A stretch of DNA of 64,000 nt, from contig CAYREQ010000001.1 in assembly GCA_964423445.1 (NCBI GenBank), forward strand, positions 65,732-129,731. Direction: 5' to 3'. The notes below the pieces were generated by a model. That model worked only from the letters and a program-made list of their open reading frames with translations. It was not told the DNA's origin and did not search any database. Both the position numbers and the translations under genes were made by a program. Below, piece after piece: positions 41,115 to 50,228 of this stretch. Within the stretch, counting starts at the first letter, position 1; each line of letters starts with the position of its first letter. This DNA is from an uncultured Candidatus Saccharibacteria bacterium. Its GTDB lineage: Bacteria; Patescibacteriota; Minisyncoccia; Phycocordibacterales; UBA9973.

Positions 41115-41855
41115 TTAACCCCACTTTTCTTTTTGATTTTCAATATCGCTAGGAATAAAATCTCCTGTATTTTGATTTACTTTTGGTCTCAAAAAATATA
41201 GCCTCCTGTTTTCATTATCGAAATATATGTCATCACCTATAATCCTAGAAGTTTTTGGTCCATTTATAACTATCGGCTCAAATCCTAATGACCCCGAAGT
41301 CTCTTTACCAAGTAGATCAATTGATGTTTTATATGTTTCCATTACTTGAAAATTATCAAGTTCTGTATCTGTATAAAAAATACCACCAACTATCACAGCA
41401 TCTATTGTACCTTCTCTACATTTTTCCTTTATTTCCTTAATTTTTTCTTTCAAATCATTTTTAAATTTTTCTTTATCATCTAGTAAGAATTTAAAAGGGT
41501 CTTGGTGACTAACGAAAGAAATATTTTTACCAGTAGTTTTATCAATTCCTGAAACAATTAATCCAGTACATCTATGGAATTTTTTTGAAAATTTATCAGC
41601 GTCATTTATCTCAGATATTACGTATGTTTTTTCTCCAGCGTTTAAGAATTTATCTTGAGCAAGCTTATCTTTTGAACTATCTATGTCTATAAATTGTGCA
41701 TTTTTTAATTTTAAATCTATCTCATATTCTGGTGCATTTTTAGGATATGGGTCTTTTATGCCAAAATCTTCAAAAGAACCCACACAAGCAATTATAGGTT
41801 TTACTCCTTCGATTAAGTGTTTGTTTTTATTTTCAAAATTAAAATTTTCGTTCAT
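41115..41855 (-). CDS. conserved hypothetical protein, paralog A of a pair flanking purL
   Basis: 246 aa. Same conserved blocks as 37421..38122 (HRCTGLIVSGIDKTTGKNISFVSHQDPF; GTIDAVIVGG; LGFEPIVINGPK; RLYFLRPKVN). First gene of the purL operon. Confidence 0.7.
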   Translation of the reverse strand: MNENFNFENKNKHLIEGVKPIIACVGSFEDFGIKDPYPKNAPEYEIDLKLKNAQFIDIDSSKDKLAQDKFLNAGEKTYVISEINDADKFSKKFHRCTGLIVSGIDKTTGKNISFVSHQDPFKFLLDDKEKFKNDLKEKIKEIKEKCREGTIDAVIVGGIFYTDTELDNFQVMETYKTSIDLLGKETSGSLGFEPIVINGPKTSRIIGDDIYFDNENRRLYFLRPKVNQNTGDFIPSDIENQKEKWG

Positions 41856-41895
41856 AAATACTATATTTATATTATATTATATATCTTTAAATACG

Positions 41896-41926
41896 AAAAA
41901 TGGCACACCCTCCTAGCAGGTGTGCC
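41896..41926 (-). terminator. intrinsic terminator after HicB-like gene
   Basis: GGCACACC-9 nt loop-GGTGTGCC followed on the minus strand by a T-run. Confidence 0.5.
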
Positions 41927-41951
41927 AAAATATTATACCGAGCTCAAATTA

Positions 41952-42152
41952 TCAACCCTTACTTTTGAATTTTCTTTCGAGGTCTTGCAATGCTTCCTCG
42001 ATGGTAAATCCAGTTCCTGACAGGTTGTATTTTGAGTGATATAGAGAAAAACAGTTTTCTTTTATCAAAAGAACAGCTCCGTTCAACTCCTGACATTCTT
42101 CAGGAATCATACGAACACCTTGGTCTGACTCGAATTTTTCTGTGTTTGCCAT
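41952..42152 (-). CDS. small protein with HicB-like (UPF0150) antitoxin-type fold signature, orphan
   Basis: 66 aa. GTGFTIEEALQDLE resembles the HicB GDTLEEAL motif. No adjacent HicA. Confidence 0.35.
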   Translation of the reverse strand: MANTEKFESDQGVRMIPEECQELNGAVLLIKENCFSLYHSKYNLSGTGFTIEEALQDLERKFKSKG

Positions 42153-42237
42153 TTAGGTATTCCCTCCGACGAAACTATACCAATTTTTTTGAAAAAAGCA
42201 AGATATATCAGTAATTTAATATATAAAATATTTTTTA

Positions 42238-42246
42238 TGCTATAAT
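42238..42246 (+). promoter_or_regulatory. extended -10 promoter element (TGcTATAAT) upstream of Nudix gene
   Basis: TG-n-TATAAT, 17 nt before the ATG at 42263. Confidence 0.35.
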
Positions 42247-42262
42247 CCAAAATAATTTATAT

Positions 42263-42781
42263 ATGAAGACAAATTTAAGATATGAGGAAAAATATGATTT
42301 GGTTGATTTCAAAGATCGTATAATAAAAACAGGAACAAAGAAAGATGCCCTTAAACTCAAGCTCTTTTTTAGGTGCGTCCATATTTTACTTGCAAATAAA
42401 GATGGAGAACTAATGCTTTCCAAAAGACCACCCACTGTATTTAATTATCCAAATAAAATTTCCTCTTCTGCAGGCGGGCATGTGGACCTTGGAGAAAATT
42501 ATAAAATTGCAGCACAAAGAGAACTCAAAGAAGAACTAGGTATCTATACACCAATTAAAGATATCGGAAGGTTTGACGTAATTACTCCAAAGGAAAGGAC
42601 TATCCATCATTTATTTATAGGTAAATATAAAAAAGTAATAGCAGACCCAAGAGAAATAAGTAGTTTTCATTTTTTATCTCCTAAGGCTATAAAAAAAGAT
42701 ATAAAATTATTTCCTAGAAAATATGCAAAATCTTTCCATCAAGCATTTAAGTGTTATCAAAAATATATCAATAATATTTAA
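42263..42781 (+). CDS. Nudix hydrolase
   Basis: 172 aa. Nudix box GGHVDLGENYKIAAQRELKEELGI (Gx5Ex7REUxEExGU). Confidence 0.8.
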   Translation: MKTNLRYEEKYDLVDFKDRIIKTGTKKDALKLKLFFRCVHILLANKDGELMLSKRPPTVFNYPNKISSSAGGHVDLGENYKIAAQRELKEELGIYTPIKDIGRFDVITPKERTIHHLFIGKYKKVIADPREISSFHFLSPKAIKKDIKLFPRKYAKSFHQAFKCYQKYINNI

Positions 42782-42784
42782 AAT

Positions 42785-43762
42785 ATGAAAAAGATAGTCA
42801 CAGTAGGCGGAGGCACAGGAAGCTATACGGTGTTATCTGGGTTGAAAAATCTGCCAGACGTGTCTTTGACTGCGCTCGTGTCTATGGCTGACGATGGAGG
42901 CTCTACGGGAGTCCTAATGGACGAGCTAGGTGTATTGCCTGCTGGTGATGTGAGGCAGTGCTTGGTAGCTTTGAGTGAGCATAGTGATATAGTGCGCGAA
43001 CTCATGAATTATAGATTTAGTGAAGGAAAACTAGACGGGCATAGCTTTGGAAATATTTTTCTCGCAGCATTAGAAAAAGTGACTGGGGATTTTGTGCAAG
43101 GCGTAGAAGTGGCCTCAGGTATTTTAAAGGTCAAAGGCTCTGTGATACCCGTCACTAGAAATGTAGCAAAATTAGCTATTATGCTCTCTGATGGAAAGAT
43201 AATTGAAGGAGAAAATAAAATTAATCATTCTGAAATTCAAGAAGTAGGTATCGATAAGATTTTTTATCAAGACAATGTAGATATAAATGAACATGCTAAG
43301 ACTGCCCTATTAAATGCAGACTATGTGATATTGGGACCTGGAAATTATTATTGCTCACTTGTACCAAACTTGATAGTAAATGGCTTTAAAGAAGCTATAA
43401 GTAAAAGCAAAGCAAAAATAATATTACCTGTAAACCTGACAAATAAACATGGACATACGATAAACTGGAAAAGTATAGATTATCTGGAAGATATAGAAAA
43501 ATATATTGGTAAAAAAGTAGATATCATTTTAATAAATAACGAAGATCCATCTGAAGAGCAGATAAAAATCTACAAACTCCAAGAGGGTGATGGTGTGCTC
43601 GTAGAAGATAATATAAAAGACGAAAGAGTCATGACAGAACCGCTATTATCAAATTCTCTAGTTTCTTTTAATAAAGCAGATAAGATACAAGGAGTCAGAA
43701 GTTTTATCAGACATGACTCTCAAAAATTAGCTAATTGTATAAAAAAAATAATTGAAAATTAA
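42785..43762 (+). CDS. YvcK/CofD-like (UPF0052, gluconeogenesis factor family) protein
   Basis: 325 aa. N-terminal VTVGGGTG...SMADDGGSTG...LPAGDVRQC motifs of the YvcK/CofD family. Confidence 0.8.
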   Translation: MKKIVTVGGGTGSYTVLSGLKNLPDVSLTALVSMADDGGSTGVLMDELGVLPAGDVRQCLVALSEHSDIVRELMNYRFSEGKLDGHSFGNIFLAALEKVTGDFVQGVEVASGILKVKGSVIPVTRNVAKLAIMLSDGKIIEGENKINHSEIQEVGIDKIFYQDNVDINEHAKTALLNADYVILGPGNYYCSLVPNLIVNGFKEAISKSKAKIILPVNLTNKHGHTINWKSIDYLEDIEKYIGKKVDIILINNEDPSEEQIKIYKLQEGDGVLVEDNIKDERVMTEPLLSNSLVSFNKADKIQGVRSFIRHDSQKLANCIKKIIEN

Positions 43763-44306
43763 TATGAAATATATTTTTGATTTTGATGATGTTTTGTTTT
43801 ATACAAGTAAAAAATTTATTGAATACGAGTATAGTGTTTTGGCAAAAGTTGGCGTATCACCTCTCCATATACAAAAATACTATCAAGAAATAAAAACTAA
43901 CAATAAAACTTTCTCATTTAAAGATATGTTTGAATATTTATCAATACCAGAAAAATTTTATATTGAAATAATGAGTTCTTGTAAAAATTTCGTAAATGAA
44001 GATTTGATATATTTAATAAAAAAGATAGGTAAAGAAAATTGTTTTATTGTGACTTATGGAGACGAAGATTTTCAAAAAGAAAAAATAAAATATTCAGATA
44101 TAGAAGATTTGTTTTCTGAGATCACAGTAGTGCAAGGAACAAAAAAAGATACAGTAGAGAAGATTTGTTTAAAATACAAAGATGAGAAGGTCTTATTTAT
44201 AGATGATAAACAAGAGCATTTTGATAATTTAGATATGAAAAAATACCCTAATTTAAAGACTATACTTTACATAGGGCAAGATCTTAAATCTGTACTCCTT
44301 CCTTAG
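43752..44306 (+). CDS. HAD-superfamily hydrolase-like protein
   Basis: 184 aa. Motif I IFDFDDVLF (DxDxV). Motif IV-like LFIDDKQEHF. Confidence 0.45.
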   Translation: MKINMKYIFDFDDVLFYTSKKFIEYEYSVLAKVGVSPLHIQKYYQEIKTNNKTFSFKDMFEYLSIPEKFYIEIMSSCKNFVNEDLIYLIKKIGKENCFIVTYGDEDFQKEKIKYSDIEDLFSEITVVQGTKKDTVEKICLKYKDEKVLFIDDKQEHFDNLDMKKYPNLKTILYIGQDLKSVLLP

Positions 44307-44577
44307 CTAGTAATGCTATTTTTGTTTTTATACCACCTTTGCCGGAGTATCCACCGAGCTTGCCGTCACTCCTGATGACTCTATGGCAAGGGATGATTGG
44401 TGCACATGGATTTGCTCCCACTGCATTTGCTACAGCTCGCACAGCCCTTGGCTTACCTATACTTTTTGCGAGTTCTTTATAAGTTGCCACCTTCCCCCTT
44501 GGAATCTTTAAAAGTCCGCTCCAGACAAGCTTTTGAAATTTGGTACCTTTTAATTTTTCTAAATTTATTTTGACCAT
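44284..44577 (-). CDS. ogt: methylated-DNA-protein-cysteine methyltransferase (minimal, catalytic domain only)
   Basis: 97 aa. Active-site IPCHRV motif and HTH of the MGMT C-domain. Confidence 0.85.
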   Translation of the reverse strand: MVKINLEKLKGTKFQKLVWSGLLKIPRGKVATYKELAKSIGKPRAVRAVANAVGANPCAPIIPCHRVIRSDGKLGGYSGKGGIKTKIALLAKEGVQI

Positions 44578-45674
44578 TATTTTATATTTATAGTAAGTGT
44601 TCCTGTGGTGTCAGAATCTACGGCGAGGAAACGCTTACGCCCTATTATGAGTCCGTCCTCTGTCTTTATATTCACTCTCCACTTTCCAGCTATCAAAGCT
44701 GATTTTTTTGAATATGTCCTAAAGCCACCATCTCTGCCACCAAATACTGGTAACCTTATTATACTCTCAGTCTCCCATCTTTTTTGTATTTCATCATAGT
44801 GTTGCCACTCATGAATAATAGTAAGATTTAAATCTTTTGGCGAAAAGACCGCAGAGTATACATATGCCGGCATTCCCGGTACTAATTTAAATTCTGGATA
44901 AATTTTAAAATAATCTCTCCAGCCATGATCTTCATAAGTGACTTCATATCCTGCACTTGTCTTTTGTACCATATTGTAAACCCCAGCATCTTTTAGAGAT
45001 AGAGGTATAGGTGGAATTAAGTTTGTGAAATATAAGATATTAATAAGAGCAAAGATACCTAAAATCATAGAAAATATCATTTTCTTCCCTTCATATCTCT
45101 GTTTTTTAATTTTGTCTTTTATGAAATAAAACAAAGAAGAAACAAATATACTAATGATGCCTAGGCTTATAGCTCCGCCCAATAGAAAAACTTCAGTACC
45201 GATTTTATGTAAAAGAATTGGAAGTAAGAATATCGCAAAAGAATATATTGAGATAAAGAATAAACTTATTTGAAAGCTGAGTCTTACATAGTGCCTCTTT
45301 AGTGATTCGTTTGCTATAAAAGCGAGTGCTAGTAATAAGATAAAAGGCCAAGAAGAAGAAATCTCAGTGCTTCTAAAGTATAAGACTAGGTATGCAGAAA
45401 GTGTACCTCCGAAAAAGAATTGTAATATGTTTACGTACCAAAAATGAACCTTACTAGGATTTTTTTCATCTCCTTCTTCTAATTCTCTAATATGTATGAG
45501 AATTATAAAAATACCAATCACTACAAGATGAGCTAAAATCCAAATATTTTCAAAAACTGTATCTACCCGTCTTAGGGTAATAGCATCAAAAACGAATCCA
45601 AGCACAAGAGACAAGGATGATATGGGTCGCTCATAGCGACCATAAAAATTTAAAATTGGTTTTACTATTGCCAT
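44577..45674 (-). CDS. polytopic membrane protein, hypothetical
   Basis: 365 aa. About 8 TM in the N-terminal two-thirds, soluble C-terminal domain. No family recognised. Confidence 0.5.
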   Translation of the reverse strand: MAIVKPILNFYGRYERPISSLSLVLGFVFDAITLRRVDTVFENIWILAHLVVIGIFIILIHIRELEEGDEKNPSKVHFWYVNILQFFFGGTLSAYLVLYFRSTEISSSWPFILLLALAFIANESLKRHYVRLSFQISLFFISIYSFAIFLLPILLHKIGTEVFLLGGAISLGIISIFVSSLFYFIKDKIKKQRYEGKKMIFSMILGIFALINILYFTNLIPPIPLSLKDAGVYNMVQKTSAGYEVTYEDHGWRDYFKIYPEFKLVPGMPAYVYSAVFSPKDLNLTIIHEWQHYDEIQKRWETESIIRLPVFGGRDGGFRTYSKKSALIAGKWRVNIKTEDGLIIGRKRFLAVDSDTTGTLTINIK

Positions 45675-45676
45675 AT

Positions 45677-46111
45677 TTATGCGTCAAACTGGTCAACTTT
45701 TTTCTTTTTTATATGAGGAATTCTAGGTACAACTATAGTGATAAGACTAGAGAATATTGCCATAAAATAAAATCCAAATCCTATAGACATGCCTATAGCT
45801 CCAGCAAACCAAATACTAGCTGCTGTAGTCAAATTTTTTACATTAGCACCTTCTTTCAAGATAAGCCCAGCACCAAGGAAACCAATTCCAGAAACAATCT
45901 GAGCAGCTATTCTAGATTTTGAAGCTGGGTCTACAATACCAGAAAGAAAAGTAAAAAGCATAGCCCCTGTAAGAACTAAAATATGAGTACTAATACCAGC
46001 ATCTTTGCCTCTACTTTCACGCTCAGCTCCAATTAAATAGCCCAATACCACAGCTAATAATATATTTATAATAAAAATTGTATTTATATTTGTGAAAATA
46101 AAATTGTACAT
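45677..46111 (-). CDS. mgtC: MgtC/SapB family membrane protein
   Basis: 144 aa. GAERESRGKDAGISTHILV...RIAAQIVSGIGFLGAG signature. Confidence 0.8.
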   Translation of the reverse strand: MYNFIFTNINTIFIINILLAVVLGYLIGAERESRGKDAGISTHILVLTGAMLFTFLSGIVDPASKSRIAAQIVSGIGFLGAGLILKEGANVKNLTTAASIWFAGAIGMSIGFGFYFMAIFSSLITIVVPRIPHIKKKKVDQFDA

Positions 46112-46132
46112 AAAAATATTATAACATTTATG

Positions 46133-46441
46133 TTATTTTTTAGTGAATCTATCTTTATCTCTGTTTCTAGATTTTTGAATTACTTTTTCTAATTCAGTGT
46201 CTAAATTTATTTTATGTGAATTTGCTAGACATATAAGGGCAAACATGACGTCTGCTATTTCTTCACCCAGATCTTGCTCAGCCTCAGTCACCTTCTTTGG
46301 CTTTGAGCCATATATATGATTTAAAATTCTTCCAACTTCACCTACTTCTTCGGCTACACGAGCAAAAATAGAAAGCGGAGGCCAATATGGCTCAGCATAA
46401 CCCTGCACCCATTCATCTATAGCTTTTTGGTATTTATCCAT
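46133..46441 (-). CDS. MazG-like nucleotide pyrophosphohydrolase
   Basis: 102 aa. EEVGEV...EEIADV all-alpha NTP-PPase motifs. Confidence 0.75.
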   Translation of the reverse strand: MDKYQKAIDEWVQGYAEPYWPPLSIFARVAEEVGEVGRILNHIYGSKPKKVTEAEQDLGEEIADVMFALICLANSHKINLDTELEKVIQKSRNRDKDRFTKK

Positions 46442-46468
46442 AAATTTATTATATCATTATATATTCTT

Positions 46469-47122
46469 CTATTTAAATCTTGAAGAATAAGAACCTTTTT
46501 CCATATCCCCTATTCCTTTTATTTCAGAATCTTGCTCTATTGTGTCACCTAGTATCATTTTAAATCCTTGCTCTCTGTAGAAATTTTTTATTGAATCATA
46601 TTCTTCATCATAGATTACACTCTCTGCAGATATTGGAATAAAACAAAGTCCAGTAGATTCTTTAAAAATTTTTATTGCTCGTGGGAGATGATAAAAATTT
46701 GTCAAAATACCAATATCATTTAAATCAGTGATATTTTTTTCTATAAAATATTTTTTGATTTCTTTCGCATTACCTTTGGTATTTGAGACAGATTTTAAGG
46801 CCGTTAAGTTTTCTTTAGGGATTTCGTAATTATTTACGAGAGAATGATGCATCACTTCTACTTTTGATATAGTCTTGCCCGTGTTTCCGATAAAGGCTGT
46901 CTTCTTGCCATCTTTTATTATTTCCACTTCACCACCGACTAAAATAAAATCTGAACAAGCCCCATCTGAAAATAGCTTTTTTATAGCTTTGAAACAAAAT
47001 TCATCTGGGTCACCTTCTATGGTGTAAGAAAAATTTTCTTTTTCATTTTGAAATTTTTTTAACCCATCATCACTTTGCTTTACACCACGTGATAAGACAA
47101 TTATTTTCGTATATTTTTTCAT
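46469..47122 (-). CDS. DUF218/YdcF-like protein (tentative)
   Basis: 217 aa. Rossmann-like. Weak resemblance to the SanA/YdcF family. Confidence 0.4.
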   Translation of the reverse strand: MKKYTKIIVLSRGVKQSDDGLKKFQNEKENFSYTIEGDPDEFCFKAIKKLFSDGACSDFILVGGEVEIIKDGKKTAFIGNTGKTISKVEVMHHSLVNNYEIPKENLTALKSVSNTKGNAKEIKKYFIEKNITDLNDIGILTNFYHLPRAIKIFKESTGLCFIPISAESVIYDEEYDSIKNFYREQGFKMILGDTIEQDSEIKGIGDMEKGSYSSRFK

Positions 47123-47187
47123 CTGGACAGTATAACAAAAAACCAGCGAAGCTTGTAATAGCTTCGCTGGTTTTTAAATTATTTTTA

Positions 47188-47856
47188 TTATCTCGCTACT
47201 ATTTGCAAAGATAATTTTACGTCCTTACTGACATTTGATAGAAATGGAAGGTCTGGTACAGATATTCCAAAGTCTTCATATTTTAATGTAGTAGAAGCTT
47301 TTACAGTCAATTTACCATCTGTAGCCATAGTAGCTTCTCCGGCAAATGCTACAGGTTTTGTTTTTCCAGCAATTTTTAAATCCCCAGTTATCTTTACTGG
47401 GACACTCTCTCCTAGAGATTTTTCTGGAGAACCTTCCACACTAGTCATTTCAAATGTGATAGTTTCATTTCCAGGCTCATCAGTTCTCAAGACCATCTTT
47501 TTTACATTTGTGTCTCGTAGTTCTTTGTCTGTTTTAAATGAATTTGCGTCGATAGATATCGTAGCACTCTCTGCTATTTTTGTGTCTTTGTTTAATACAA
47601 TATTTCCAGAGATAGCATTACTTTCTCCTGTAACATGGGTAGGCTTACCACTTAGAACCTCATCTATTTCATAAGTAGCTTTTGATTCTTCGGCTACAAT
47701 TATGAGAGAGCCCATCTCTTTATTTTCATTTTCTACTTTTACCTCTTCCTCTACTAGGGGTTCATTTAGAGTAGCTTTCTTATTTGAATTACTAATATAC
47801 CAAACACCTAATACTGCTACTAAAACAAGCAAAACGATAATCAAATTTTTCTTCAT
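47188..47856 (-). CDS. YceI-like periplasmic protein
   Basis: 222 aa. Signal/TM. YceI-like beta-barrel motifs (ATYEID...GNIVLNK...FKTDKELRD). Confidence 0.75.
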   Translation of the reverse strand: MKKNLIIVLLVLVAVLGVWYISNSNKKATLNEPLVEEEVKVENENKEMGSLIIVAEESKATYEIDEVLSGKPTHVTGESNAISGNIVLNKDTKIAESATISIDANSFKTDKELRDTNVKKMVLRTDEPGNETITFEMTSVEGSPEKSLGESVPVKITGDLKIAGKTKPVAFAGEATMATDGKLTVKASTTLKYEDFGISVPDLPFLSNVSKDVKLSLQIVAR

Positions 47857-47921
47857 ATTTTTTATATGTTAACTAATAAATAATTCTATAATGATAGCAT
47901 TTTTTAGCGAGAAATAAAATG

Positions 47922-48278
47922 CTAAATTTTCTCTTCTTTTAAGCGGAATTTTATTATCTTTGTGATAAGTGTGATAGGTAGTGATTTATCATAGGCAAAC
48001 CTGATACAACCTTTTGAGTAGCTGATATTGTATTTTTTGAGGTCACTTTCAAATGCTTTCACACCAGATGGCGCGGGGTAAAATCCTAAATGCCCTTTCA
48101 TCGCAGCGAAATGAATAAAGTTTTTGCCATTTAGCTCAATCGTCGGCATGCCATATTTTATACTTTCTTTACCTTTTGGTATGAGCTTTTTGGTAATAGC
48201 TCGCATTTCTTTTATTTTTGGTAAAAAATCTTTAGGAACATCTTTGATGTATTCATTTATATTTTTGTATATTTTCAT
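47922..48278 (-). CDS. DUF1801 (YdhG-like) domain protein
   Basis: 118 aa. Pattern typical of the DUF1801 family (tentative). Confidence 0.45.
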   Translation of the reverse strand: MKIYKNINEYIKDVPKDFLPKIKEMRAITKKLIPKGKESIKYGMPTIELNGKNFIHFAAMKGHLGFYPAPSGVKAFESDLKKYNISYSKGCIRFAYDKSLPITLITKIIKFRLKEEKI

Positions 48279-48299
48279 GCCTATATATTTAAAAAAATG

Positions 48300-48370
48300 C
48301 TGGGAGACTAGGAATCGAACCTAGATTAAAGGCTTCAAAGGCCTCTGTCCTACCGTTAGACGATCTCCCA
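48300..48370 (-). tRNA. tRNA-Gln (anticodon UUG)
   Basis: Manual fold: acceptor UGGGAGA/UCUCCCA with U1-A72 (typical of bacterial tRNA-Gln). D-arm GUCU/GGAC. Anticodon arm GAGGC-CUUUGAA-GCCUU (UUG). T-arm CUAGG-UUCGAUU-CCUAG. Discriminator G. CCA not encoded. Confidence 0.85.
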
Positions 48371-48385
48371 ATGGGTCTAAAACAC

Positions 48386-48595
48386 TTTAATTTATATCAT
48401 AAATTCTAATAAAAATCTATATATAAAAGAAAACCCCGACACCTAAGTCATAGGTTGTCGGAGCGTGTAGACACGATTGTGTCTATGATAAAGGTTCATC
48501 GGGAAGGTATTCCGCTTTCTGGTCCTATGTTGAACCACTGTAGCCCGGGCGACATGCGAAACCATCCCCGATGAACGAAATAAATATATAGTAAA
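48386..48595. ncRNA. hairpin-dense non-coding region adjacent to tRNA-Gln, candidate structured RNA
   Basis: CCGACA-CCTA-agtca-TAGG-t-TGTCGG (48436-48460). TAGACAC-gatt-GTGTCTA. 10-bp closing stem GTTCATCGGG...CCCGATGAAC enclosing about 65 nt with a CCCGGG palindrome (48499-48587). No SRP, tmRNA or RNase P signature motifs found. Confidence 0.2.
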
Positions 48596-48651
48596 TATTA
48601 AAAAATGTAAAGCTAAAACTAAAATATAAATTTTTTGGTACAATACATATT

Positions 48652-49161
48652 ATGATAATTAAAAAATATAAATTTCTCTTGGCGGTCGTAGTCACCCTTT
48701 GTTTATTTTTGTTTTTAAATTTTGGATATTTTATATACACAAATTGGCGTAACTTTTTACCAAAGAAGACTATGCCCCTCGTACCTAAACCCGCAGATAA
48801 AGTTTATGAAAATCAAAAATTTGGATTTGAATTAAAATATCCACCGACATGGGTTTTACAAGAAAAAGAAAATATTATAGAGATAAATCCTCCAGCAGAA
48901 AAAAATCCATATAATAGTGTTTACTTTACAATTTCTGCTCGAGAAGAATTTTCATCATTGGATGAAGTAAAAGAAGTATTATCAAATTCCACTACCTTTA
49001 TACCTCTTGAGTCACCGCAAATAAAAGGTTTTAAATATAATGATGGAGGATATCATGAAGTTGTCTGGTTTAAAAACAAGGAAATGGTCTATGTCGTTAG
49101 AAAATTTTCTACAAGCGGAGATGCTGATAAAATTTTTGAGAGTTTAAAATTTAAAGAATAA
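48652..49161 (+). CDS. membrane-anchored hypothetical protein
   Basis: 169 aa. N-terminal TM then soluble domain. No family recognised. Confidence 0.5.
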   Translation: MIIKKYKFLLAVVVTLCLFLFLNFGYFIYTNWRNFLPKKTMPLVPKPADKVYENQKFGFELKYPPTWVLQEKENIIEINPPAEKNPYNSVYFTISAREEFSSLDEVKEVLSNSTTFIPLESPQIKGFKYNDGGYHEVVWFKNKEMVYVVRKFSTSGDADKIFESLKFKE

Positions 49162-49169
49162 AAATTAGT

Positions 49170-50219
49170 CTATTCTTTACCTAAAATTTTTATGAGAGCG
49201 AGTTCTAGTGGTAGCTCGGCTATAAATGCATTTTCTATATTTTGATATTCAGCAAGTAGTATGGATAGTGCTTCAGAGCGAAACATTCCATTTTTATCTT
49301 CTTTTACTAAATTTTGTAAAAATTCCATATCAGCTTCACCCACATCTCCTGCCATCTGCTCTTTTAATTTTGGAGCATAACGCAATATGATAGCTACTCG
49401 GAATTTTGTGATAATTAATTTGAAATATAATTTCATATCTAGGCCTTCAGCTGAAGCTTTACCCACCACAGATATTCCCTCTTCCAGTTCACTTTTTGCT
49501 ATAGCAGACAGAAAATCATTTACGAGCGATGTTTTTGGAGCACCTGTTATTTTTTCTACATCTTCCCTTTTTATTTTTTTACTTTTGCTAAAGTTTAAAA
49601 CTTTTTGTAGTTCACCTAGAGCATTTCGGAAAGATCCATCAGCTAGTATAGCCAAGAGCTCGGCAGAGCCAGAATCTAATTCAAAACCTTCTTTTTTGCC
49701 GACATCGAGAAGCATTTTTTTACAGATCGCATCTGTGGCTTTTCGGAAAGTGAAAACTTGGCAACGAGAAATGATAGTCTCTGGGACTTTGTGAAATTCT
49801 GTAGTCGCTAAAATAAATATCACATGCTTTGGTGGCTCTTCCAATGTCTTGAGTAATGCACCCCAAGCATCTTTTGATAGCATGTGCACCTCATCTATGA
49901 TGTAGATTTTATATTTTGAATCAAAAGGCAATACTCGGGTACCATCGCGGAGTTCTTTTATGTCTTCTATTCCTCTGTTACTAGCGGCGTCTATTTCATA
50001 AAGATCATTTGCTGATACTCCGATACTGTTTGCAAAAATACGAGCCACCGAAGTCTTACCTGTACCACGAGAGCCTACAAAAAGATATGCATGAGAGACT
50101 TTATTTGTCTTTACAGAACTCTCTAGGACGCTGACGACATGGTCTTGACCCAATACTTCATCAAAGTTCTTTGGGCGATATTTTCTATACAATGCTAAGC
50201 TTGTTTCATCTTTTGACAT
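49170..50219 (-). CDS. dnaX: DNA polymerase III subunit gamma/tau, short form
   Basis: 349 aa. YRPKNFDEVLGQ...HAYLFVGSRGTGKTS AAA+ clamp-loader motifs. Lacks the tau C-terminal domains. Confidence 0.85.
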   Translation of the reverse strand: MSKDETSLALYRKYRPKNFDEVLGQDHVVSVLESSVKTNKVSHAYLFVGSRGTGKTSVARIFANSIGVSANDLYEIDAASNRGIEDIKELRDGTRVLPFDSKYKIYIIDEVHMLSKDAWGALLKTLEEPPKHVIFILATTEFHKVPETIISRCQVFTFRKATDAICKKMLLDVGKKEGFELDSGSAELLAILADGSFRNALGELQKVLNFSKSKKIKREDVEKITGAPKTSLVNDFLSAIAKSELEEGISVVGKASAEGLDMKLYFKLIITKFRVAIILRYAPKLKEQMAGDVGEADMEFLQNLVKEDKNGMFRSEALSILLAEYQNIENAFIAELPLELALIKILGKE

Positions 50220-50228
50220 AAAAACATT

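Noticed and set aside
48440-48600. SRP (4.5S), tmRNA or RNase P RNA identity for the element next to tRNA-Gln
   Set aside because: The SRP helix-8 GGAA tetraloop with AGCAGCC is absent. The tmRNA tRNA-like 3' end (GGTTCGA.TCC...CCA) is absent. The RNase P P4 consensus is absent, and the space (about 280 nt) is too small. The element is left as unknown.
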